In this document: positions 34,722-43,972 of the stretch, piece by piece
How the letters are laid out: each line of letters starts with the position of its first letter
Position numbering within the stretch: position 1 is the stretch's first letter
IMG/VR virus record: IMGVR_UViG_3300026522_000022
Span: 66,611 to 130,610 of that record
From: a virus
Taxonomy: Duplodnaviria > Caudoviricetes
Direction: 5' to 3' (one strand)
Length of the DNA stretch: 64,000 nt
Notes under the pieces: model-generated
Databases searched by the model: none
Seen by the model: only the letters and a program-made list of their open reading frames with translations
What the model was told of the DNA's origin: nothing
Position numbers and translations under genes: made by a program

Positions 34722-35084
34722 TGGAAGATGCATGTTACATAACTTTAAAATGCATTGAGTGTGAGAATAATCAATGTGATTATTGTCCTATTGGAAGTTA
34801 TGTTCCAATAGAGAGTAAAATAGGGTGTGTGCGGGAGGTCGATGAAGATACTGCCGCACGCTTTATTCATTATATGCACGAAGAAATTCCCTTTTGACGC
34901 ACACAGCCTAAAGCTTATGTAGATGAATCTTACAGAGAGATAATGAATTTTCTTTTTGAAAATGTATATTCTTCTAAAATTATTCACCTATTGGATAAAA
35001 CTGGAAAATATAATGACAAAAAATTGCATATAGACAAATAACTTTTTCTATGATATAATATAATTATCAAGAGAAAGGAAAAGT

Positions 35085-35795
35085 ATGCTTTCGCAAGACG
35101 CACAAGAAGAGATTTTTAAGATTGTAAATGAAAAACTAAAGATTCTTTACCCATCTGATTGTTATGATGAAGATTACAATGAAGATAGTGAAACGCATTA
35201 TGAAGATTTGATGTATGCAGTAGGCGCCGATGATATTTCTTGGGGCGCTTCTAAAATTGTATTTTGGTTTGGAGAACTTAAAGATTATGTAATTAAAATT
35301 CCTATTATCGGACGATATGACGATTATGAGGAAGATTATATGGATTATAATAACGCACAACACGATAATATTGATTGTTTCAATAATAAGAATGATTATT
35401 GTGGTCTTGAATGCTCAATTTATTCTTTTGTGTGCAATCACTATGATAACCTTGTTCCTTGTTTTACTGCCAGCTATTATATTGGCACCACTGATCACGG
35501 AATTCCTTTTTACGCTTGTGAGAGAATGAAGTCAAGTATTAGTCATTCTCGGCGAGTAAAAGTTTCTGAAAACTCTAAAAGCAAAGCACGTCTCGCGTAT
35601 GACACGTATGGCGCGGTTGGTGGACTGGATGAATATATTCTTGGTCTTTTCTATGAACATTATGGAGAAGAAACTGTTTATGAATTGCTTAATTTTATTT
35701 ATAACTATGGAATTGATGACCTTCATTCTGGTAATGTAGGCTTTAATCAAGATGATAAAGTTGTTCTTATTGATTATTGCGGATTCTACGACTAA
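35085..35795 (+). CDS. Protein kinase-like fold protein
   Basis: GASK, VIKIP, E, DLHSGNVG, LIDY. Confidence 0.65.
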   Translation: MLSQDAQEEIFKIVNEKLKILYPSDCYDEDYNEDSETHYEDLMYAVGADDISWGASKIVFWFGELKDYVIKIPIIGRYDDYEEDYMDYNNAQHDNIDCFNNKNDYCGLECSIYSFVCNHYDNLVPCFTASYYIGTTDHGIPFYACERMKSSISHSRRVKVSENSKSKARLAYDTYGAVGGLDEYILGLFYEHYGEETVYELLNFIYNYGIDDLHSGNVGFNQDDKVVLIDYCGFYD

Positions 35796-35805
35796 GGAGA
35801 AAATT

Positions 35806-36066
35806 ATGAAGTATGTAACTACTCCGCAACCAACAATTCTTAAATCTGATATTCAATGGGAAGATTCTCAAAAATATTTTTGCATTGCTGGTAAATGTCT
35901 AAATGGTAGTCGCCATTACTCTGAAGATTTTTATAATTATAAAGATGCTTGCAAGGCATTTGATGAATATTGTGGACTTGTCATTTATTTTGGCGGCGGT
36001 GTTGTAGATTTATATTGCTTTACAAACGATGAATTTGAAATTATTAAATCAAAAGTTTGTTTTTAA
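35806..36066 (+). CDS. Hypothetical protein
   Basis: AAGGAG SD. Confidence 0.55.
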   Translation: MKYVTTPQPTILKSDIQWEDSQKYFCIAGKCLNGSRHYSEDFYNYKDACKAFDEYCGLVIYFGGGVVDLYCFTNDEFEIIKSKVCF

Positions 36067-36319
36067 TTTGACCATTCCAAAAAAAATTGCTATAATATAA
36101 ATATAGAAATAATCCCAATGTTCTTCTGTTTTCCTTTAGAGATAATCTTCTCAGCCAAGAAGAACATTGTAGATTATAATGATGTTTGTGATTACTAGCC
36201 AATATCATATGCATCAACTTCCTTTCTTGCGAAAAGACTGAGCCGCCACTCAGTCTTTCTTTTTATTTGACAAAACTTTTTTCTTTTGATATAATTAACT
36301 TATAAAGAAAGGAAGAAAC

Positions 36320-36574
36320 ATGTTTGACACAGATAAAATTTTCGATTGGGAACTTGACCCGTGGATTCCAGGTGATATGATGACACTTGGTTTAGCTGAA
36401 CAAACTATACTAGAAAATAAAGTTATAGATATGATTGATTATATTCGTAATCATTATGGATATTTTATTTCTAGTTCTATTATAGATGAACAACTTGCAG
36501 CCCGTGACATTGATTACACGGGGCTGCCGCAATACCTTAAAGATAAAATTGACGATGCTTTTGAGTGTCATTAG
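36320..36574 (+). CDS. Hypothetical protein
   Basis: Promoter and SD. Confidence 0.6.
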   Translation: MFDTDKIFDWELDPWIPGDMMTLGLAEQTILENKVIDMIDYIRNHYGYFISSSIIDEQLAARDIDYTGLPQYLKDKIDDAFECH

Positions 36575-36582
36575 GAGGAACC

Positions 36583-37479
36583 TTGAAGTTAGCAACTCCT
36601 TTTCAATTACATTGTAAATATGAAAATGTAATTGATGAATGAAACATTAATTACGATCCATATAAATACACAAAAACAGATAAATTAAATCAAGCAGCAG
36701 ACATTAGGCAAAAAAGTCAAATGCTGTTTGATAAACTTATATCTTTTGTCGAGGCATACCCGCATAAAAGAATTAATATTTCAATTCCAGATTCAGATAT
36801 TCCTATTAATCATCTTATTACATTAACAAAGATTCACGATAATATTTATATAAAACTTGGACGTCATCAATTTAGTTATATAGAAAAATTAAAAGACAAA
36901 GATATTAATTTCTTTTTTGATAATACTGTTCCTGTTTCTACTTTCATTCTATTGGATGAATTAATTAAACTTGGCGTAAGTGATGTTTATATTGCCGATG
37001 ATTTATGCTACAATCTTGAAAAAGTATCCAATAGATGTAAAAAAGATAATGTTCAAGTTCGTTTAATTTTAAATAGAATACCAGCAACTACTCCCCGTGC
37101 CTATGAAGATGTGCGGGCGCCTATATTTACTCCACGTCATTTTGAAGTATTAGATAAATTTGTTGATGTAGCTGAATTTGATTGTGCTTATGTTGATGAT
37201 AGTGATGCTTATAACTGGAGTGTTTTTAATGTGCTTTATCGTTCATGGTTTGAGAAACATGATTGGTATAATGATTTAAGAGAAATTAATAAAGATTTAC
37301 GTATATTCTATCCTGTGCGGCAGGAGATGCCACTATTTATTGATAGAAAAGTCGAGTGCGGCAGACAGTGCGCATATAATAATATGTGTCATAAGTGTGA
37401 AACCGTCATGGAAATTGCTCATAATTTATATGAAGATAATGCATATATAAAAATTAATAAACGGGGCAAAGAACAATAA
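36583..37479 (+). CDS. Peptidase U32-like protein (TGA=Trp near the N-terminus)
   Basis: AGGAGG SD before TTG; GVSDVYIADDL, VRLILN, C-terminal Cys cluster. Confidence 0.55.
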
Positions 37480-37527
37480 TAATATATTACTAAAAATGAA
37501 TTACAAATAGAATACAGGAGGTATTTA

Positions 37528-38265
37528 ATGAAAAAATTTTTAGTAATATTAATAACTATTGTTGTTGTTTGCGGTATAATTGGTTTTAGTTTTTGATATG
37601 CTAAAGCTAATGAACCAGAACCACAAAATGAGGCTGCTTCATTTACCTTAGACGTATCTGATATGAAAAAAGATTTAGAAGGGCATGAAACCTTAATTGA
37701 ATGAATCAAAGAATATACTGATAATATTACTGCTTATAGCGGCCGCACAGCAAGCATTGAAAATGAACTTGGTGATTTTATGACCCAAGAACAAAAAGAT
37801 GAAATGCTTGCTTTAGAAGAACAAATTAAAAATGCTTCAACTATCGCTGAACAAAGAGAAGCGATGCAAAGATTCGATTTTATTTTAGAAGAAATTAATA
37901 ATTATCGCCATGCTCAAGAGCAAGCGCTATTAGCCGAACAAGCTGCGGTGCAGTCACAGCCGCAATGGCAAGAACCAAATGACGAGGGATATACACCTTC
38001 AAATAATTTTAAAAATCAAGGAGTTGTATATTGGAACGATACTCGGTATACTTGGTATAGCCAAAATGTTTTACCCGGTGGAGGTTTAGATATTCCTGGG
38101 AGACATGTTGGAGGCGATGATCTTATTTACGATGGCGATGGATGTATAGTAGTAGCTTCTAGCGATCATGCGTATGGCACTACTGTAGAAACTCCCTTCG
38201 GGCAAGGTAAAGTTTACGACACTGGCTGCGATAGTGGTACAATAGACATATATACAAATTACTAA
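37528..38265 (+). CDS. Secreted or anchored protein with a 3D-like peptidoglycan hydrolase domain (two TGA=Trp)
   Basis: Signal-like MKKFLVIL..; VVASSD..YGTTVETPFG.GKVYDTG..IDIYT. Confidence 0.65.
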
Positions 38266-38274
38266 GGAGAAAAA

Positions 38275-38787
38275 ATGAGAAAACCGCAAGGTATGACAAT
38301 TAATTATTCTATGGTAAGGAATGAAAACGGAGAACATGAAGTCGGTTTCCGTTACAACAATACCGATGGAATTGATATTGATCGTCATTATAGTGGAGCA
38401 AAAGAAGAGGACATTTATACTCAGCTCTGCACAGATGTAATTGAGGAAATGTCTAAGCAATATGATGCTATTAAAGAGAAGAAAGCTCTTGAAGCTGCCA
38501 AGGCTAGAAAGGCAGCTGCCGCAAAGGCTCAGCCTACGCAATCATATGAAGAAATCATTGAAGATCTTCAGCAAAAGATTAAGAAAATCGAAGAAGAGAA
38601 TAAGTCTTTAAAGATTGATAATGATATTCTTAATAAGAGAATTAAGGATAATCTTAATCAAACAGCTAAGAAATCACAAAAGAAGATTGAAGATAAATAT
38701 AATCCTTATAAAATGTTAGAAGAAATGTTTAATAGTGAGGATTATGATGAATGGGTAGATTCTTTCAATCGTTTTCTTAAAAAATAA
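38275..38787 (+). CDS. Coiled-coil hypothetical protein
   Basis: 170-aa ORF followed by a terminator. Confidence 0.65.
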   Translation: MRKPQGMTINYSMVRNENGEHEVGFRYNNTDGIDIDRHYSGAKEEDIYTQLCTDVIEEMSKQYDAIKEKKALEAAKARKAAAAKAQPTQSYEEIIEDLQQKIKKIEEENKSLKIDNDILNKRIKDNLNQTAKKSQKKIEDKYNPYKMLEEMFNSEDYDEWVDSFNRFLKK

Positions 38788-38802
38788 AATGATTTTGAAA
38801 TG

Positions 38803-38838
38803 ATAGGCGTAGTGTAAAAAGCTACGCCTATTTTTTTT
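38803..38838 (+). terminator. Intrinsic terminator
   Basis: ATAGGCGTAG/CTACGCCTAT stem plus a T run. Confidence 0.75.
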
Positions 38839-38890
38839 ATAGACAAAACTTCTTTTTTATATTATAATATAATATATCAAAGGAGGAAAA

Positions 38891-39205
38891 ATGATTCTAC
38901 TTAATGATGGAACATATATTTATAGTGCCCGCACAGCAATAGATTTTCTCTATTCTCTTGGAATGGATGATATTGATATTGATAATTTTCAAAAGTTTTT
39001 GTCTGAAGAAGATGAAACTAATACTGTAGACTATTGGAAACAAGAAGCGAAAGAATGGGAGCTTGACAGTGCACACCAATATGAACTACGTAACGCTCTT
39101 ATTTGTGAGATACAGGATTTGGCGGATAAATTGGCTTCTGGCAAAGGCGGGACTAAGGCGCAATATGCGGATAAGATAAAAAATATTTGTGAGTTCTATG
39201 GATAA
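38891..39205 (+). CDS. Hypothetical protein
   Basis: Promoter and AGGAGG SD. Confidence 0.6.
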   Translation: MILLNDGTYIYSARTAIDFLYSLGMDDIDIDNFQKFLSEEDETNTVDYWKQEAKEWELDSAHQYELRNALICEIQDLADKLASGKGGTKAQYADKIKNICEFYG

Positions 39206-39447
39206 TTTTTATAGACAGAATTAAATTTTTAGGTTATAATAATATATATCAAGTTGAAAAATAGAAAGGCAATTTGGCAACCAGCTTTCTTGCAGCTGGG
39301 CAAATCCCTGTAAGAAAGTTGATTGGCAAGCTGCTACTTGAAAACACATACTCCAAGGGAAGCGACGTTAAATAAAGAACCGTTATGAGAGTATGACGCA
39401 GAGAACTTGTCTCCGTCGAAATTTTTCCGCAATGGCTATTTTATTTT

Positions 39448-39523
39448 GCTCCGGTGTACTCTAAAGGCAAGAGGTTTGACTGTTAATCAAATGTTTGCAG
39501 GTTCGAGTCCTGCCATCGGAGCA
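39448..39523 (+). tRNA. tRNA-Asn(GTT)
   Basis: Cloverleaf; anticodon arm tttga-CTGTTAA-tcaaa. Confidence 0.85.
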
Positions 39524-39564
39524 AAATAAAATTGGCTATTTCGGATAAAATATTATAAATAAAT

Positions 39565-39641
39565 GGGGTATTAGTTCAGTTGGGATGAACGCTTCCCTTG
39601 CAAGGAAGAGGTCATCGGTTCAAGTTCGATATACTCCACCA
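39565..39641 (+). tRNA. tRNA-Ala(TGC)
   Basis: GGGG start with G3-U70, cttcc-CTTGCAA-ggaag, CCA. Confidence 0.9.
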
Positions 39642-39679
39642 AATGAATCCGTAGCTTAGTCGGTAAAGCAGGTGACTTT

Positions 39680-40289
39680 TAAAATGGGAGCCTTATAAAG
39701 AAATTTATAAGTGAACACCCCGCTAAGTCGGTGAAACCTGTAAAATGGTAATACCGAGCAAGGAGTTTGACAAATGAATAGTAAAAGTAAGGGGAATATT
39801 TCAGAAGCAAGAACATTATTTGAATTTCAAAAATACAATATTCCAGTGTCTCTTCCATGAGGGGATAATGAAAGATATGATATGATTGCTGAATTTAATG
39901 GTAAATTAAATCGTATCCAAATAAAAACCTCAAATGAAGAAAACAATGGAGCAATTAAATGTTATTGCAGAAGTTCTACCAATCATACGACCAATAAAAA
40001 TTTAAGTACGTATGAAAATGATATTGATTATTTTGTATTTTATAATCAACAAAGAGATATTCTTGCTTTGGTGCCGATCGAAGTAGTAGGAAACAATAAA
40101 TCAATTTCACTTAGAATTGAACCTACTAATAACGGACAAACTAAAAATATTAAATTTTTTAATGACTATTCATTTGATAAAATTCTATGTGTAGAGACTT
40201 TACACGGGGAGCCTAAGTCATAAGATAAGGCTAAGATAAAGTCCAGGCCACAAACTACAAAAGTAGGCTATGAAAATAGTAATGGTATG
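39680..40289 (+). mobile_element. Group I intron in tRNA-Lys (position 35/36)
   Basis: Core words TCGGTGAAAC, TACCGAG, GTAGAGACT, AAGATAAAGTCC; terminal G. Confidence 0.88.
39774..40223 (+). CDS. Group I intron PD-(D/E)XK homing endonuclease (TGA=Trp)
   Basis: KGNISE..VSLP-W(TGA)-GDNERYDMIAE..RIQIKT, resembling tRNA-intron endonucleases of the I-Ssp6803I type. Confidence 0.8.
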
Positions 40290-40411
40290 TAATCACCAGA
40301 CCGTGGGTTCAAGTCCCACCGGATTCACCAGTTAAAAATAACTCTTTTCTAATAAAGAATTTTATGATATAATATAAATATAAAAGAGAGAGAAAAAATA
40401 ATTTCTTTTAT

Positions 40412-40486
40412 GTCTCCATCGTCTAGTGGTAAGGACAGTAGATTCTCAATCTACAAACGAGAGTTCGACTCTCTCTGGAGATACCA
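40412..40486 (+). tRNA. tRNA-Glu(CTC)
   Basis: gtaga-TTCTCAA-tctac, TTCGA T loop, CCA. Confidence 0.88.
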
Positions 40487-40487
40487 T

Positions 40488-40561
40488 GCCGCCTTAGCTC
40501 AACAGTAGAGCAGTTGGCTCTTAACCTCCAGACGTAGGGGCAGCACCTACAGGCGGTACCA
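40488..40561 (+). tRNA. tRNA-Lys(CTT), atypical
   Basis: GCCGCCT/AGGCGGT acceptor, CTCTTAA loop, CCA. The anticodon stem is mismatched and the T loop reads GGCAGCA. Confidence 0.65.
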
Positions 40562-40638
40562 AGTTAATATACACCCACATAGCTCAGTGGAATTATATTA
40601 TATAATATAATTAATGAAAGAGAGAAAAGGAGTTTTTA

Positions 40639-40863
40639 ATGGGATTTGTAATGAAGTATGAGACAGATGAAGGACTTGAAACTGTATATCATATTGATGA
40701 AGACGCTACTCTAGACGAAGTTTTTGCTAAGTTTGTTGATATGACTCGTATTATGGGATATCAAGATAGTTCTTGGAGTCGCACTATTAATCATGTAATG
40801 GATTATATTGATGATGATCCTAATACTGTTTTTGATTGGAGTTGTGACACTATTTGAAGTTAA
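40639..40863 (+). CDS. Hypothetical protein
   Basis: AAGGAG SD; a TGA two codons before TAA. Confidence 0.6.
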
Positions 40864-40912
40864 AATGAGTTTGAGAGGTCTCATTTTTAAATAAAACCTC
40901 TCAAAATTCTTA

Positions 40913-40941
40913 TAGACAGAACAAAAATTTTTGGGTATAAT
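40913..40941 (+). promoter_or_regulatory. Sigma70-type promoter TAGACA-17-TATAAT (near-identical copy at 44891-44919)
   Basis: About 60 bp duplicated ahead of two RNA clusters; similar promoters recur across the plus-strand arm. Confidence 0.75.
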
Positions 40942-40960
40942 ATAATTAAAGAAAGTTGAG

Positions 40961-41194
40961 AAAGTTGAAAATTAAATATTTAGGAGTTAATCTTCTGAGT
41001 CCGGTATTGAGTAAAACGGACCTTGAATACGGTGGAGATAAAAAATCCGGAAAAAATTATCAAGCGCCGCAAGATTTTTCTCTAACAGGAGGGGTGGAGT
41101 CATGACCACCAAAGGAAAAACACCCAAGAGTGGTTCAGTAAGGAAGATTAATTTAAAACAAGGCTGTGCTTCTAAATATTTAATTTTCAACTTT
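40961..41194 (+). ncRNA. Unknown structured RNA closed by a 23-bp stem
   Basis: 40961-40983 is the exact reverse complement of 41172-41194; inner helix 40984-40995/41143-41154; no credible ORF. Confidence 0.55.
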
Positions 41195-41407
41195 TAAAAG
41201 GAAAAGTGTGAATGATGTAACTGGTGGGTGCATATTCGATGTTGCCGTAAGGCCGCGGAAAGATTACGTTCGATTCGTAACGCACTTTAAAAGTTGAAAA
41301 GGAATAATTTCCTTTATTCCTGTATGAGTTTAATCTTGTACTCTCCGAACAGAACAAGATATGCGCGTTTGTAAAGCTTCCGCGCAATATGAGTTGCTAT
41401 TTTATAT

Positions 41408-41960
41408 AAGCCATTGTTGACGAATATTGTAAATATTGTCGAGTAAGAAATTGAGCGCTTAGTTAAGCTGTTCTAAACAAAAACAGTTTTATAGAGAAGA
41501 TGTTAGGTCCAACTAACTTATCCCGCATATGGGATAATAGTTTAAATGTGAAAATATCTCTATGCCGCGTACAAAACGATGAGTTATGTGACACTCATAT
41601 CACATCAGCGCGGAATATAAATAGACAGATGGTTGAGTAAAAAAGTCACAGCGCGTTTGGGTTAGAGAGCCACATGAGCAGAGACTTTGCGCGCTATATA
41701 TATTAAATACAAAAGGTAGGGACGCTGGCTCATTTTAGTTTGGTCACATGCGGCTAACGAGTAATGTCGGTCACTAAGCGCGTAGGTCGAGCATGTGATT
41801 CGCGCAGCATTGGGGATGCGAAACCCTATTCTTGATGCCAGGACAATGCAGGGACGCCTAGCGATGGCTAAAAGAATGCGGCAGCTCTTCCGTTCTTGGG
41901 CGCAGTATACGTGTTTGCAGGGAAAGCCTTGCGAGAAGTGCAAGAATATAAAATTGGCTT
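41408..41960 (+). ncRNA. Large structured ncRNA, ROOL-like candidate
   Basis: About 550 nt, ORF-free, many hairpins, terminal helix AAGCCA/TGGCTT, inside a phage tRNA cluster. The family is recalled from memory only. Confidence 0.5.
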
Positions 41961-42493
41961 AAATACCCAATGGAGTTGCCGCAAGTGGTTTGGAATCATA
42001 GGCAAAGAGCTTTTTCCACTATAATCCAAAAAGAGTGTTTTCCGGTCTAGTAAGTTGGATTAGACCTTAAAATAAAAGCCAACAATCGTCAAGCTTATGG
42101 TTTGTCTCGACAGGAAGAGAAACCTACCTCAGTTTGAGAAGAGGAATTAGCGCCTCCTAACTGGCTCCACCTATCCGTGAAAGTCGGTAATCCCTGCGAG
42201 GTACAGGGCACGAAAGAAAAGTGTATAAACCACCTAGAATCGCGACTAGGTACTAGACAGCCGGTATAGTGTAACGAAGCGCCGCACGCTCAAACATTAT
42301 TTCTTCTCTTGGAGAATATTTAATATGATGAATATTTTCTAAAAGGAGAAATCCTTCTAGGTAAAGATTTGCCAGTTTCAACCTAGGTAAGCAAAGAAAA
42401 CTGGCGTCTCCACCAAGATGGAGCGGGTGAGCTTGGAACATCCCGAAAACAACAAGCCCTCTGAGTGGTCTTGGGCAACACTCTGTTCTTAAA

Positions 42494-42579
42494 GCCAGTG
42501 TCGCATAGTGGTCGATTGCACTCGCCTTGTAAGCGAGACTCAAAAGAGCACGTCAGTTCGAATCTGACCACTGGCTCCA
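42494..42579 (+). tRNA. tRNA-Thr(TGT) with a long variable arm
   Basis: ctcgc-CTTGTAA-gcgag; extra arm ctc-aaaa-gag; CCA. Confidence 0.8.
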
Positions 42580-42730
42580 TTTTTATGTTAGAAAAGGATT
42601 GCGGAATGAGCAAAGTTGATGTTACTGTTAAAATTGCGGTAATCTCAATAAATGATGGAAAACTTTCTAAAATTCAACTCTTCCGTACTGCTTTTGATGG
42701 TAATGATGCTTTTCGTTGTGGAAGAAATAA

Positions 42731-42822
42731 GCCTCGGTAGTTTAACGGTAGAACGGCAGCCTTATAAGCTGTAAGCGCCAGATTAGCGCGAAATCTTGGT
42801 TCGAATCCAAGTCGAGGTACCA
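42731..42822 (+). tRNA. tRNA-Ile(TAT) with a long variable arm
   Basis: gcagc-CTTATAA-gctgt; extra arm gcgc/gcgc; CCA. Confidence 0.82.
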
Positions 42823-42826
42823 AAAT

Positions 42827-42912
42827 GCGCTTGTGGCGGAAATGGCATACGCTCTGGTCTCAAAAACCAGCGACTTCGGGTCATGTGGGTTCGAGTCCCA
42901 CCAGGCGCACCA
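42827..42912 (+). tRNA. tRNA-Leu(CAA)
   Basis: ctggt-CTCAAAA-accag; type II arm; CCA. Confidence 0.92.
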
Positions 42913-42960
42913 AATTTATCTGCCTTTAGGCAGTTTTTAATTTGACTAGAAGGAGCTGTT

Positions 42961-43176
42961 ATGAGAACATTTCAGGTTTCAATTAAGTTATCTGATTTTA
43001 CAGATTTTACTCAAGGTAAAGAACATGTAATTTCTGTATATTCAGATGCAAATAATTTATATGAAGCTGTTGGACAAGCAGTACAAAATCTTTATAATGT
43101 TTATCAAGAAGAAAAAAATAGACCTTCTGGGGCTTTGTTCGTTTCTTATGACGGAAAACCAAAAATTAGTAAATAA
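42961..43176 (+). CDS. Hypothetical protein
   Basis: AAGGAG SD. Confidence 0.55.
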   Translation: MRTFQVSIKLSDFTDFTQGKEHVISVYSDANNLYEAVGQAVQNLYNVYQEEKNRPSGALFVSYDGKPKISK

Positions 43177-43237
43177 ATTTTCTACTTATCTTTTAGATAA
43201 GTTTTAATAAAATAAAAAAATTATTATGAGGTAACAT

Positions 43238-43969
43238 ATGGAAAAAATAGCAGCATATTGCGGCACTCGCGATGTTTATAGCAATATAATTACGTCCGTT
43301 AAAGCTTTAATCGCGAATAGTGCAGTTAATGAAGTTCATATTTTTATTGAAGATGACGATATGGGTGAAGCAATGCCCGATATTGTCGTTTTTCATAATA
43401 TGAGTGATCAATCTTATTTTGAACAAGATACACCAAATATGCAACAACCTAATGATTATATCAAAATGATGTATATGGCTTTGTGCCATGAGTTACCATA
43501 TGATACAGTATTAGCATTAACTTATAATGCTATTCCGCAAGAAGATATAACAAAGATTTGAGATATTGATTTAGAAAATTATTATTTTTCTGGCGTTCCA
43601 ATTATACGTCGTAGTACGTATAGTACAACTTATTGTGATTTTAGTGTTATTTATTATAATCTTGCTAAAATGCGTGAAGGTAAAGCAGATGAATGTATAG
43701 ACGTATTAAATCATACTTTTTTCCCACAAAAACATCAAGATGTTTGTAATTATTTATGTCAAGGTTATATTTATACTATGCCTGCAAAATATAATACAAC
43801 ACGTTTTACAAATCAAAATAGATATATTCCAGCTATAATATCATTTTCGGATGTTCCATTAAAAAATTGGATTAATAAAGGTGTGGTTTTAAAATGGCGA
43901 GAAATGAGTTGGGAACAAGTTATGGAAAGACATAACAAGATAGTTGAACAATATAAGACAAAGGGGTAA
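43238..43969 (+). CDS. Glycosyltransferase family 8 paralog 1 (DxD lost; one TGA=Trp)
   Basis: Colinear with paralog 2; joins ORFs 43238-43561 and 43670-43969. Confidence 0.75.
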
Positions 43970-43972
43970 TTA

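Larger units (their letters stand above)
39645..40330 (+). tRNA. tRNA-Lys(TTT) split by a group I intron; exons 39645-39679 and 40290-40330
   Basis: Splicing gives ggtga-CTTTTAA-tcacc; GAATCCG/CGGATTC acceptor; CCA. Confidence 0.88.

Noticed and set aside
39355-39400. Pistol ribozyme (GTTAAATA word)
   Set aside because: I could not build the required P1 and pseudoknot pairings.
40573-40592. Additional tRNA starting ACCCACATAGCTCAGTGG
   Set aside because: Only a 5' fragment is present, with no anticodon or T arm; probably a remnant.
42090-42415. tmRNA (TCGACAGG and a CGTCTCCACCA end)
   Set aside because: There is no GGGG 5' acceptor strand before TCGAC, no T arm before the 3' end, and no tag ORF that I could identify.
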